From IMG/VR virus record IMGVR_UViG_3300004151_000006, positions 124,001 through 188,000 of that record: a stretch of DNA of 64,000 nucleotides; one strand, written 5' to 3'. The translations under genes were made by a program, and so were the position numbers. The notes below the pieces were generated by a model, which was given only the letters and a program-made list of their open reading frames with translations, did no database searches and had not been told where the DNA came from. This document shows, one piece after another, positions 8,887 through 18,672 of the stretch (positions are counted from its first letter, which is position 1; each line of letters starts with the position of its first letter).

Positions 8887-9702
8887 ATGGTCTCAGATTC
8901 TACACTTGATGGTATCGTGCATGATGTGCGATATAAATTCTCCAATACTGGAGAAGTCATTTCTACATTAGTACTCAATAGACCTGGTCACAATGTACCA
9001 TATTTTTGTGAGATCAAATGTCTTCAATCTGTAAATACACAAATAGCACGTGGTGATCATGTTCGTATCTCTATTTCCACAAATAATACCACTAATGAAA
9101 TAACTATTCTTAAAAGAAATACTGATACTAATTGTTATCCTACATTTATGATTGGATACCCATATTGTCCTTATTGTGGTACTAAGCTTCATTACAATAT
9201 GTTGTATGGTGAATGTCATACCAAGATTTGTCCAGCACAGATATCAAATAATATCCAAATCTTTGCTCAAGGTATTGGTTTATTCTTCCATGGTTCAAAT
9301 AAACTTATATTTAATAATTTACTTACTCGTGGGGTATTTCGGGATTATATTGACATTTTTAATACTACTATAAATACAATACTTGATCTAGATAATATTG
9401 CTATTTCAAATGGAGATATGAATTTATATATCAATACTATTAATTCATTTAAAGGTACTATAAATCTTTTTCAGATACTTAATGGATTTAATATTCCATA
9501 TCTCACTGTACAAGGTATTGATCAGATTATTCAAACACACACATATACCACATTACTTAAAGCAATTCCCTTTAATAAATATCTTTATGTAGATGGTAAT
9601 GCAGATACTTGTTTAAAAGCATTTTTTTCTAATCCATGTAATACAAACTCTTATGCTAAATTAGCTAGTGTGGCTACAGATGGTGTATTTGTCATGGGGT
9701 AA
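8887..9702 (+). CDS. NAD-dependent DNA ligase-like C-terminal fragment (OB-fold, C4 Zn finger, HhH) without adenylation domain
   Basis: VHDVRYKFSNTG (OB), CPYCG...C....CPAQ (LigA Zn finger), LLTRGVFRDYIDIF and LFQILNGFNIPYL (HhH-like); no KxDG. Confidence 0.65.
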   Translation: MVSDSTLDGIVHDVRYKFSNTGEVISTLVLNRPGHNVPYFCEIKCLQSVNTQIARGDHVRISISTNNTTNEITILKRNTDTNCYPTFMIGYPYCPYCGTKLHYNMLYGECHTKICPAQISNNIQIFAQGIGLFFHGSNKLIFNNLLTRGVFRDYIDIFNTTINTILDLDNIAISNGDMNLYINTINSFKGTINLFQILNGFNIPYLTVQGIDQIIQTHTYTTLLKAIPFNKYLYVDGNADTCLKAFFSNPCNTNSYAKLASVATDGVFVMG

Positions 9703-9720
9703 TAGATCCAAAGGTATTTG

Positions 9721-9733
9721 AAATATATATTAT
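9721..9733 (+). promoter_or_regulatory. Putative early promoter
   Basis: AAATATATATTAT. Confidence 0.65.
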
Positions 9734-9909
9734 TAAAATGGAATTACGATATAATTCCAAATATTTATAATGAATTTAAAATCACAAAATAGAATATAGT
9801 GACATTTGAGATTTATAAAAATATATCAATACAAGCCATTCTTTAGGTATTTATACCTACACTGGACTTTGGCTATTCCACCTAACTTTTCATTGGAGGA
9901 GCATCCCTC

Positions 9910-10431
9910 ATGTCGAAGGAAAAAGTTGAAAAGAAAGCCGATGATACACTCATCGTCTCTGCCATGACCTTTCTTATGGACAAAGCTACCTTGGCCGGCG
10001 AAAACATCTACACCGTCAAGGGCTCCGACCTGGAGCGCTTTTACAAGGACAACGGCGTGCCCGTTGAGATCCAGCATCGCACCATGGCGCTCAACGACGC
10101 CGTCCTGGCTGCAGCTATCGATTTCAACGGTGAAAAGCTCAAGGCCCAGATCGAGGCTCTCAAGAAGAGCAATGAAGATCCCGAAGGCGCTGAGAATACC
10201 ATCAAGCTGAACTACTCCGAAGCCACGACTGAAGTCAGCATGGTGCCCCATGTGGCTCGCAAGATCCCGACTCATCTGCCCGGCTGCGCCAATCGTGCTG
10301 ATTCCGGCGATGGCATGTCTCACCACTACGGTGTCACCCAGGTCCGTATCCGCACCAAGGGCCGGGTCACCCGCCGTGACGAACAGCTCACCGATTGGGC
10401 TGATACGATCAAAGAAGCTCTCGGCGTCTAG
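9910..10431 (+). CDS. GC-rich early hypothetical protein
   Basis: Early promoter at 9721, long leader, GGAGGAG RBS, hairpin at 10460. Confidence 0.75.
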   Translation: MSKEKVEKKADDTLIVSAMTFLMDKATLAGENIYTVKGSDLERFYKDNGVPVEIQHRTMALNDAVLAAAIDFNGEKLKAQIEALKKSNEDPEGAENTIKLNYSEATTEVSMVPHVARKIPTHLPGCANRADSGDGMSHHYGVTQVRIRTKGRVTRRDEQLTDWADTIKEALGV

Positions 10432-10459
10432 TATCTCCTTGTCTACCAGCTCTCTTTAT

Positions 10460-10497
10460 CATACAGTGGGTGTGGCCGATGCCACACCCACTGTATG
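10460..10497. terminator. Perfect hairpin
   Basis: CATACAGTGGGTGTGGC-CGAT-GCCACACCCACTGTATG. Confidence 0.6.
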
Positions 10498-10549
10498 GTA
10501 TTTATTTAAAGCTTTTTAAGAATACTAGATATGCAGATCATTTCATTAC

Positions 10550-10562
10550 AAATATATATCAT
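10550..10562 (+). promoter_or_regulatory. Putative early promoter
   Basis: AAATATATATCAT. Confidence 0.65.
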
Positions 10563-10619
10563 AAAAATGTATTTAGGAAACTAATCCCAATTAAACCATA
10601 TAGGTCCAAGGAGGACACC

Positions 10620-12014
10620 ATGTCTACTGCTACCAACACCGCTATGGCTGATGATACCATCACCCTGTCCAAGTCCTATTTTAAGGATGCCTTTGGTGCT
10701 CATGTGGAGTACCTCACGGACATCAGTTTGGAAAATTTCGCATTCTACAAGGACAACAAGACCCAGTCCTTTAAAGGTCATGTTTGTGTTGTGGATGGGA
10801 ATCAGTTCCCTGACAACATTGTTGACATTACCATGATCAAGGCACGCCTGGTCATCATCCAGAACTGCCAGACAGTCACCATCGGCCGTATCGATGCTGG
10901 TGATATTCTGATTGGTTCTTGTGGTCAGGTGACGGTTGCTGAGATCAAGACGGACACACTCTGCGCACTCACCATGAATCAGCTTGGCATTGGTGAGATT
11001 CACTGTGATAAGTTCGTGGGTTTCATCAACATGGGGCTCATTAAGAAAGGTATGATCTCGGATATGGCCATTTGTGCCACCGGACTGCAGTATGACTGCC
11101 GTGTTCTGGATCCCCAGATCTACACCCACCACTTCACCCTCTTTGGTGAAAACACTTTCAACTCGGAGAAGCTCGAGTTCTTCATGAACACCAAGAGCCT
11201 TTCCAAGCTGGATCGTTGGTTGTTCAATCACGATCCTGAAGATGCGGAATATTCCATCCGAAATGAAGTCTTGACAGGTTTCGTTTTTGAGTACACCATA
11301 TGCGGGGATTTCCCTGTGCAGTGGCTCATGGATCCTGGAAACATCCCGCATTTTACCTCTCTCATGGACAAGTATGATTACTTGACCAAGACCACTGAAT
11401 CCCAACGCCGTAAGGCCATTGATGCCATCAAGATCGAAGATGGTGTCTTTGACTTTATCGGAGATATCTGGGGTGGGGTCTGTGAGACAGTCGGCGACAT
11501 CACGGACACCGTCGGTGATTTCGTCTTTGGTGCACGTGATACTGGGGAAAAGAAAGACCCCGTGGTGGAGGAAGCTAAGGCCATTCTTGAAGAGGCTTTC
11601 TCTGATGAAGAGGAAGAAAAAGTTGAAGACCCCGATGCACCCGATACACCCTGGATGGATCCCAACATCATGCATGTGCGTCCTTCTGGGACATACAAGG
11701 AACGTGATATCACCGAAGCTGACATCAAGGAGATGATGGATGCTGGGATTATCCCCCCCACTGCAACAGTCCAACCCCAACCACAAGCATCTACTGTCGA
11801 TGTGGACATGGATCCGATGACAGCAGATCCGGCATCGACTCCGACCTTTGTGCCCCACATCATTGGTGGTACTCCGGCTGCGGCACCCATGGTGGGAATG
11901 GGTATTACCCCAATCATGGAAGATCCCATGGCCAATGAGATCATGGGGGATCTTCGTGTCAAGACCAGTGAGGAGTCGACTGCTCCCACCCCCAATGGCA
12001 AGAAAAAGAAGTAA
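10620..12014 (+). CDS. Early protein with beta-solenoid-like N-terminus and acidic/Pro-rich disordered C-terminus
   Basis: AAGGAGG RBS before ATG 10620; repeating short beta-strand pattern; promoter at 10550. Confidence 0.7.
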   Translation: MSTATNTAMADDTITLSKSYFKDAFGAHVEYLTDISLENFAFYKDNKTQSFKGHVCVVDGNQFPDNIVDITMIKARLVIIQNCQTVTIGRIDAGDILIGSCGQVTVAEIKTDTLCALTMNQLGIGEIHCDKFVGFINMGLIKKGMISDMAICATGLQYDCRVLDPQIYTHHFTLFGENTFNSEKLEFFMNTKSLSKLDRWLFNHDPEDAEYSIRNEVLTGFVFEYTICGDFPVQWLMDPGNIPHFTSLMDKYDYLTKTTESQRRKAIDAIKIEDGVFDFIGDIWGGVCETVGDITDTVGDFVFGARDTGEKKDPVVEEAKAILEEAFSDEEEEKVEDPDAPDTPWMDPNIMHVRPSGTYKERDITEADIKEMMDAGIIPPTATVQPQPQASTVDVDMDPMTADPASTPTFVPHIIGGTPAAAPMVGMGITPIMEDPMANEIMGDLRVKTSEESTAPTPNGKKKK

Positions 12015-12021
12015 CAGTATA

Positions 12022-12049
12022 GGGGTAGGGGCCACATGGCCCCTACCCC
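12022..12049. terminator. Hairpin between convergent genes
   Basis: GGGGTAGGGGCCA-CA-TGGCCCCTACCCC. Confidence 0.65.
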
Positions 12050-12053
12050 ATGC

Positions 12054-12611
12054 TTATCCGAGACATAATCCTTTTTTGACAAAAGCATATCCTACAGCGA
12101 TAGCATCTGCTTCATGTTCTACCATTTTATCAAAAGCTATTTGTTTAGCAGCTTTAAATGAGATTTGTGGATTATTTAAGATAGCATCTTGGATAGTGAG
12201 TTTATCTGCATGTCCATTGCCGGTGACTATGGATTTGATACCACAGGGTGAGATTTTAAATAAACCTAACTTATAATCCATTACAATGCGTGCAATTGTA
12301 TTGATACATAATTTTAATGCAATATAGGGATGTACACCACGTCTTGGATTATAAAAGGCATCTTCAGATACTACATACTGAGGACTATATGTCTCCATTA
12401 ATTCACGCACCACATCTTCAATAAGAAACAGTGACATAAGCTGTCTAGTATAGACGACGCATTCTTCTTTTAATTTTTTTGCATTATCACTGGGTTTGAC
12501 ATTACCAAATTTGATGACTTGAAATTTATCAGTATCAAATTGATATTGTGATACCGCCCAACCAAGACAGGTGGTCCCAGGATCAAATGACAAGATACGT
12601 GTATGTCTCAT
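12054..12611 (-). CDS. ruvC: RuvC-like Holliday junction resolvase
   Basis: ILSFDPGTT, VSED, GHADK, HEADAIAV catalytic motifs. Confidence 0.9.
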   Translation of the reverse strand: MRHTRILSFDPGTTCLGWAVSQYQFDTDKFQVIKFGNVKPSDNAKKLKEECVVYTRQLMSLFLIEDVVRELMETYSPQYVVSEDAFYNPRRGVHPYIALKLCINTIARIVMDYKLGLFKISPCGIKSIVTGNGHADKLTIQDAILNNPQISFKAAKQIAFDKMVEHEADAIAVGYAFVKKGLCLG

Positions 12612-12736
12612 GACAGTATATTCCTTGAGCTATGTGATTATCCCAATATGGGAGAATGGTTTGTTCTTTGGACTAATGATACAAAAAGCCCACTAAATTA
12701 TAATACATAAAAATCTATGGATATTTTTACAGTGCT

Positions 12737-12768
12737 AGATGAGATGGGGATTTCTCCCCATCTCATCT
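12737..12768. terminator. Hairpin after the DNA polymerase subunit
   Basis: AGATGAGATGGGGA-TTTC-TCCCCATCTCATCT. Confidence 0.6.
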
Positions 12769-14420
12769 CATTGCTCCATATATTCTGCTCGCCATTCTGC
12801 AGTGATACGTTCATAGATCAATTTTTGCATCTCTTGATAATTTGGTAATCCAAAATATTTATTACCGATGTATACAGCATTTTCTTTAGGTGCAGTCACA
12901 TTACTAAAATAATCTTCAGTATGAGTTTGACCGAATCCTTCTATCCTGACTCCAGTAAATAACTTAGTCTCTTTAGCTATGTTGAATGCTTGGAGTGCAC
13001 TGGGATATTCAGCTTCTACATCTTCATCATTGACCATGATAGTAACTTGTGTTTCATGATCAGATTCTTCTACTGCACGGATACCAATGTTAATAGCTTT
13101 ACTTGGTGGAAGTACTGTACCACCCAACTTAGGTATCATATCATCAAATGGTGTACCCATGATCATACCAGAAGTAGCAATGATTTTTCCTTGAGATTTA
13201 TTATAAAAATACATAGAATTCTTACCCATAGTAGTTTGTTTACTAAAATCACTCAAAAGAGAAGCATCAGTGAGTGCCATCATGGAGACACAATCATTAG
13301 TTTGTTTATGCATGAGTGGGATCAAGATACTATCTTTAATGTTATATGCAACATATCTTAAGAAATTATACATTTGTTCCATATAGTGGTTAGTGATCTT
13401 ACCTAAGCTGATCTTTCCCATACCAAGTATTTTATTAGCAATAGCATTAAGGGTATAATCTGATTCTCTTCCTTTTACTTTACGTAGACGTGCATAGAGA
13501 CACATGCTATCGATAAATTGAGTATATCCAGTACAATTTACCCAATGCCATTTATCTGCAAAATGTTCACAATCTCTATTGTCCACTTTATATTTAAAAT
13601 ATTGATATTTCTTAGGTACATCAGGATGACAAAAGATAGTAGCAGGATCTACACCCATGGATTCTAATCTCTCTAAGATACGTGAGATATCATAATTCAT
13701 ATTCCAAACACCAACAAAATCTGTCTTGTGTTCATGGATGCGATCAAATACCCATTTGATAAGATCAAGTTCAGTATTAGATTCATGTATCACTATTTCA
13801 AATCCATATGTGGATATCTCATCTTTTAATTCTTCATTAATGACTGACCACAATTCTTCTTGAGTAGCAGGTATCCTATTTCTATGTTGATCTACTTTCA
13901 TGAGATATTCTTTCAAATAAGCACAATAGATATATTTTCCAACATTGAAAGAAAAGACATTGATACGTTTTTCACCACGCACTTCGTTTTCAATGTCCAT
14001 ACTACCCACAGATAGTTGAGGTAACATACCTACAGTTTTATCATTATAGCTCTTCCTGATGAGTACCCCAGTATCAATATCTGCTCCATATACATAAGGA
14101 GAATTACACAACTCCCGTAACTGGGTACGTCTACTGTATATATCTAAACTCTTCTTTAGTTTTTCTATCATTTCACTATCTCGCACTGTATATTTTTCTA
14201 GATTCTTTTCATATTCAAATTCCTTTTTATATTTGTGTGATCTGAATCCAGGTTTAGTGATCCAAAATGGTCTACGTGGATCATTGATGATACGGAGATT
14301 GTCTTTCCATGTTTTATTGCCAGCATCATCTATCACTAATACTTTTTCCTTGATGACAAATGCATTAGCATCAGGGCGTTTACAATGAGTAGCATGTATC
14401 CAAAAAGGTATGGTTTGCAT
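12768..14420 (-). CDS. Split family-B DNA polymerase, exonuclease plus motif A subunit (phiKZ gp82-like)
   Basis: ExoI SMDIE, ExoII WNMNYD, ExoIII YNIKD, motif A DVEAEYPS; later polymerase motifs absent. Confidence 0.8.
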   Translation of the reverse strand: MQTIPFWIHATHCKRPDANAFVIKEKVLVIDDAGNKTWKDNLRIINDPRRPFWITKPGFRSHKYKKEFEYEKNLEKYTVRDSEMIEKLKKSLDIYSRRTQLRELCNSPYVYGADIDTGVLIRKSYNDKTVGMLPQLSVGSMDIENEVRGEKRINVFSFNVGKYIYCAYLKEYLMKVDQHRNRIPATQEELWSVINEELKDEISTYGFEIVIHESNTELDLIKWVFDRIHEHKTDFVGVWNMNYDISRILERLESMGVDPATIFCHPDVPKKYQYFKYKVDNRDCEHFADKWHWVNCTGYTQFIDSMCLYARLRKVKGRESDYTLNAIANKILGMGKISLGKITNHYMEQMYNFLRYVAYNIKDSILIPLMHKQTNDCVSMMALTDASLLSDFSKQTTMGKNSMYFYNKSQGKIIATSGMIMGTPFDDMIPKLGGTVLPPSKAINIGIRAVEESDHETQVTIMVNDEDVEAEYPSALQAFNIAKETKLFTGVRIEGFGQTHTEDYFSNVTAPKENAVYIGNKYFGLPNYQEMQKLIYERITAEWRAEYMEQ

Positions 14421-14492
14421 AGATATCGTTACCCCCAGATGTCGTTCAAACTATGACCACTTTAGTTAAAATATCTCATATGAAAAGGAATA

Positions 14493-14526
14493 GGTACACC
14501 AGGCCCCAAAGGGGGCCTGGTGTACC
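14493..14526. terminator. Hairpin after MCP
   Basis: GGTACACCAGGCCCC-AAAG-GGGGCCTGGTGTACC. Confidence 0.65.
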
Positions 14527-14578
14527 GTATCCTAGTGACCTAAGGGAGTGCTGAGGTCAGAGACTGTTGGTGTCGCGA

Positions 14579-16885
14579 TTAAGGATTGGTGGGCAACGGA
14601 AGCGGAGTCTCCGTGGGGACCAGGGAGATCTTCGCGTACAGGTCGATCAGCTTGCTGATGTTGACCACGTTGAGGTAGATGCCGATCGGGTTGGTGATGA
14701 GCGGGAGCTCACGGGCGTTGGCAAAGACGCGCTTGTTGACGCCGCCACCGATCTGCGGGTTGTAGTGGGCAAGATAGGTACCGAAGTCCCAATTGTGCCC
14801 AAAGTTCAAGATAGATTCGGGATCACCTTCACGGTACGGGAGGATGAGGATCTTTTCCCGCATGGTGTTGTAGGTGCACGAGACACACTCGAGGATGACG
14901 CCGTTGGGCAGGATCCGACGGTACTCGACGACTTCACCATCGAAAGCCATGTTCGTATTCCCTTCCATGTGATTATGGATATGGGGAATATTAAACAGGT
15001 TTTCGAGGATGATGTTCGACGTGATCAGCTTGTAGACCGGCTTTTCGCCGCTATTGAGCTGCGTCTTGTAGTAGGAGTTCTGGTGGATCAAGCTGAAGAT
15101 GTTGATCAGCTGGAGTTCCACGTACTGGCGGATATCGCCGAGGATATCCGAAGACCGGATGGAGTCGACGTTCGAGCAGTCGATGGTCGACACGATGACG
15201 TAGGGGTTGACCAGCTGCGAGGCCACGTACTCGAAGCCGACCCGATCCTCGAAGGAGCGGAATTCCGGATTCGGATTCTCGGCCTTGATACGGTCATAGA
15301 CCTGACGCAGGGTCGTGCTGACCAGCTTGAGCATACGATCGTCCTGGCCCAGGCTGATGGCCTCGGTGACGTTGCTCATGACATACTCAGGCAGGGCCTG
15401 CTGCAGAGCATAGTCGACGATGTAGTTACGACCAACCGGGATTTCCCAGGTCTGGGTCTTGTAGTGCGAACGGACGGCCACGTTCGATTTCCGAAGGTTC
15501 TCTTCAGAGAACTTGGAGTCGAGCTTATACGCGATGACTTCGGTCTTGATGTCGGCCATGACCGCAGCCACGGGCGCCGGGACAGCATCGCTATCCGGAT
15601 GATACGCAGTCGGGTAGGCACTGCCGGTGCAACGGGTATCCGCCCACTGCAGAGACAGATAAGGAGACGCATCGATCATGCAGGTGATGGCTTCCCGCGG
15701 AGTGAGATTGGCAAAGATCTCGGTGTCGGTGCCGGCCATGGTCTTGAGGCTCTTGTCCAGCAGGAAGGTCTGGGTGAAGTTCGCCCGACGATCACCGGAG
15801 TAGCGGTTGTTGTTGTGCATGATCAGGCGGGAGCCGTAGTACGGCGAGGTGTCGAACTCGATGTCCTCGGTCTTGCCGCCAGAGATGAAGCGCACGACCA
15901 CGGACTCGAGGATCGCACCATCAGCGATCAAGTCCGTGTAGTCGGTCATGGTAAAGCCGTAGACGTTGGGCAGGCGAGACAGGTCCATCATGTTGGCAGT
16001 CTTGCCGCAACGGATGTAGTTGTCCGCCAGCAGGACGTCGTCGTCGTCGTTGTCCTTCAGGACTTCGATACGCCGCAGGGTGTTGGAGACCATGGAGGGG
16101 TCGCCGTAGAGATGGATAAAGGGCTTGCGATGTTCCTGGGACTGCCGTTCCTTGGAGGTGGGCGCCATGGACTTGTTGAGGTCATAGACTTCGGCCCAGG
16201 GGATCACGTAGTTGATCACGGTCTGGGGAGAGGTCCGACGATGCATCACACGGTTGATCAGCCCACGGTGGAACTTGAGCAACGTGACGGTCATGGCAAT
16301 GCGGATGTCTGGCAGGACGCGGTCGGTATCGGCACCGAAGGCTTCCATACCCGGAGTGAACGAAGTCAAGAACTCGGCATGCAGCGATTCCGGGATGACC
16401 TGATGCAGATCCAGCAGATTCTGCTTCTGATCCGGAAGCGTATCGCTGGTAGCGAAGTGTCGAGACTGCGCCATAGCGCCATTGCCACGGTTGTTGTAGA
16501 GCAGCTGGCCAAGTGCCGGGATAGCCATGGCCTTGATGCGATCATTTTTCAGATCGCAGGAATCGCACAGCACGCCCAGGCTTTCCGGGCTCATGAAGGC
16601 GTCGGTGAACGACATCGTGCTGTTGAAGGCTTCACAGGAAGCGGTGACCTGACCAAAGGCTTCAGCATTGACCAGGCTATCAGAGACCGGGCTGCCGCCG
16701 TTGCCGAGGTTGTTCATGTTGATGAAGTCGGTGACGTTCTTCCAGATCTTGGTGATGAGCTTGCGTTCAGCAGCAGAGACATGGCCACTGTTATTTTTGG
16801 CATATCCCATGGATTCACAGGCAGCCAGAAAACCCTGGTAACCAGCGAGATCACCTGAAGCAGAAGGCATATTGTTGTTAAACAT
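14579..16885 (-). CDS. Major capsid protein (phiKZ gp120-like)
   Basis: About 770 aa, strongly codon-biased, two genes from DnaB as in phiKZ; N-terminal propeptide with G/A/S-x-E sites (PGMEAFG); GGGAG RBS before ATG 16885. Confidence 0.8.
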   Translation of the reverse strand: MFNNNMPSASGDLAGYQGFLAACESMGYAKNNSGHVSAAERKLITKIWKNVTDFINMNNLGNGGSPVSDSLVNAEAFGQVTASCEAFNSTMSFTDAFMSPESLGVLCDSCDLKNDRIKAMAIPALGQLLYNNRGNGAMAQSRHFATSDTLPDQKQNLLDLHQVIPESLHAEFLTSFTPGMEAFGADTDRVLPDIRIAMTVTLLKFHRGLINRVMHRRTSPQTVINYVIPWAEVYDLNKSMAPTSKERQSQEHRKPFIHLYGDPSMVSNTLRRIEVLKDNDDDDVLLADNYIRCGKTANMMDLSRLPNVYGFTMTDYTDLIADGAILESVVVRFISGGKTEDIEFDTSPYYGSRLIMHNNNRYSGDRRANFTQTFLLDKSLKTMAGTDTEIFANLTPREAITCMIDASPYLSLQWADTRCTGSAYPTAYHPDSDAVPAPVAAVMADIKTEVIAYKLDSKFSEENLRKSNVAVRSHYKTQTWEIPVGRNYIVDYALQQALPEYVMSNVTEAISLGQDDRMLKLVSTTLRQVYDRIKAENPNPEFRSFEDRVGFEYVASQLVNPYVIVSTIDCSNVDSIRSSDILGDIRQYVELQLINIFSLIHQNSYYKTQLNSGEKPVYKLITSNIILENLFNIPHIHNHMEGNTNMAFDGEVVEYRRILPNGVILECVSCTYNTMREKILILPYREGDPESILNFGHNWDFGTYLAHYNPQIGGGVNKRVFANARELPLITNPIGIYLNVVNISKLIDLYAKISLVPTETPLPLPTNP

Positions 16886-16978
16886 GGACGTGGCACTCCC
16901 ATTAGGTGTGGTAGTAGGTGTCAAAACACGCTAGGTGAGTTGGGGCGTGTTGAAACAGAACAATATAGATCTTTAGAC

Positions 16979-16987
16979 CTATAAGAT
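16979..16987 (-). promoter_or_regulatory. Putative late promoter of MCP
   Basis: ATCTTATAG on -. Confidence 0.45.
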
Positions 16988-17027
16988 AGAACCCATGTAA
17001 TTGGACCTATATAATTAAGGTGTTATT

Positions 17028-18527
17028 TTAGATAGATTTATGTGTGAGTTCAAGATCATTTAATCTAAATGACAATCGAGATAGAAAATCTTTGATAGAA
17101 TTGACACTGACAAGATTGATCCAATGTGTGAGCCATTTCTTTAACAACAACACTTCTTTAATTGGAAGATCTTTTGGAGTATTATTAAGGAGATTACGGA
17201 TACGTGAACATACTAATTTTTTATAAATTACATCTGCAAATGTTTCTTCTGGACTGGCTAATTCTAATAAAAGTTTCACTGGATCTCTGGGAGGAGGAGT
17301 ACCATCCCCTATTGGAATATTATCATCTGGAAAAGCTGCAGCATCTGGATCTTCTGGGATAGGATCTTCTCCTTCTTCAGGAGGAAGATCATCACTGCCC
17401 AGATCATCGGGAGGTGTATCTTCCATAGCTTCAGTACCTTTTTTATAGATAGGGAGTTCTAACATTTTATCTACAATAAACTTTGAAATAACACTATTTC
17501 GAAATGCTAAAGCTTCATTAGCTGTAATGAGATTAGTTGGTTTAGCGAGGTAGGCCGATACATCCCGATCTACTTCACATTTACTGACAAAGATTGAGAA
17601 TACTCGCGTATCCTCTAAATTTCCTATACGATGATAGTCTTTTAAAACAGTGAGCATTTTAAATAATGAATGTGTGGGCAGAGGAATGAGTTTCCCATCC
17701 ATGGTATTATTACCAGTGATAGTATCTGAGATAACTGAGAATAGATTATTATACACTGTATTAATAGAAGCATAGATACCTTTTTCCATACCAAAGGTTG
17801 ATAAAATACCAAAGATAGCATCAAGATCCTGAGAAGCAAAATTAAATCCAGAAAGATATTCAAAGAAGTCCAACTTTATATTTGTTTGATAGTTTTTGAG
17901 TTTTCTGATTAAATTAAAATCATAATCTGGAAGTGTGATCACATCAAATACAATAGTCATATATGGTAGTATATTCTTTCTATTTTCAGAAGATACATGG
18001 AGTCTGTTGGGATTTTGATTATTAATTGGTTGACTTCTACATTCAGCACTAGGTACTATTGTTAAACTTGGAATATATATACATGCACTGGGTTTTTTAC
18101 CTTCCATATATACATCAGTTGGATAACCATATCCCAATGCAGAAAGTAATGGGAGATAAAAATCTCTATGGGGGACCATATGTTTTAGTTGATCATTGAA
18201 ACATGGATATGAGAGTGCTTCATCAATCGTTTTCCAAGTGATAGTTCCAGGTTTACCATGAGTGAGAATATAATAAATAGAATCATAAATAGCTTTTTCA
18301 CTTTGATAAAGAGAGGGTTGTGGTTTAAGTGTTTTTACCAAATAAGCAACACTTTCAATATATTCAGTAATCAACGGGGTAGTTTCATGATTAAACATAT
18401 GAATATAACAAGCATAAATGGATTGATATAATACATATTGAATATAATCCAGATCATTTTTAAATTCCAAATCGATAAATGCCTGATCTGGTGTAGCAAA
18501 TTTGATGATGGGATTCGCTGGCTGCAT
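17028..18527 (-). CDS. Probable virion head-associated protein (phiKZ gp119 position)
   Basis: Lies between MCP and DnaB; GTEA processing-like site before an acidic Pro-rich linker. Confidence 0.5.
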   Translation of the reverse strand: MQPANPIIKFATPDQAFIDLEFKNDLDYIQYVLYQSIYACYIHMFNHETTPLITEYIESVAYLVKTLKPQPSLYQSEKAIYDSIYYILTHGKPGTITWKTIDEALSYPCFNDQLKHMVPHRDFYLPLLSALGYGYPTDVYMEGKKPSACIYIPSLTIVPSAECRSQPINNQNPNRLHVSSENRKNILPYMTIVFDVITLPDYDFNLIRKLKNYQTNIKLDFFEYLSGFNFASQDLDAIFGILSTFGMEKGIYASINTVYNNLFSVISDTITGNNTMDGKLIPLPTHSLFKMLTVLKDYHRIGNLEDTRVFSIFVSKCEVDRDVSAYLAKPTNLITANEALAFRNSVISKFIVDKMLELPIYKKGTEAMEDTPPDDLGSDDLPPEEGEDPIPEDPDAAAFPDDNIPIGDGTPPPRDPVKLLLELASPEETFADVIYKKLVCSRIRNLLNNTPKDLPIKEVLLLKKWLTHWINLVSVNSIKDFLSRLSFRLNDLELTHKSI

Positions 18528-18672
18528 CTGTATCCTCCTTAGGATATAAAAAACTAAGTCTACGGACTATCTTCTGTGTACATAGACCATCAGCTCAAAA
18601 TGTATGAAGATTCCTATACTATCCTTCGGGGACATCTATAATTTGGCTTTAGGAGAAAGGAGGTCAAATTTC

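Noticed and set aside
12768-14420. Truncated or pseudogene DNA polymerase
   Set aside because: A split family-B polymerase is the known arrangement in phiKZ-like phages.
14567-16858. 763-aa antisense ORF over the capsid gene
   Set aside because: In-register shadow of C/G-ending codon bias, which removes antisense stops; no RBS or recognisable motifs.
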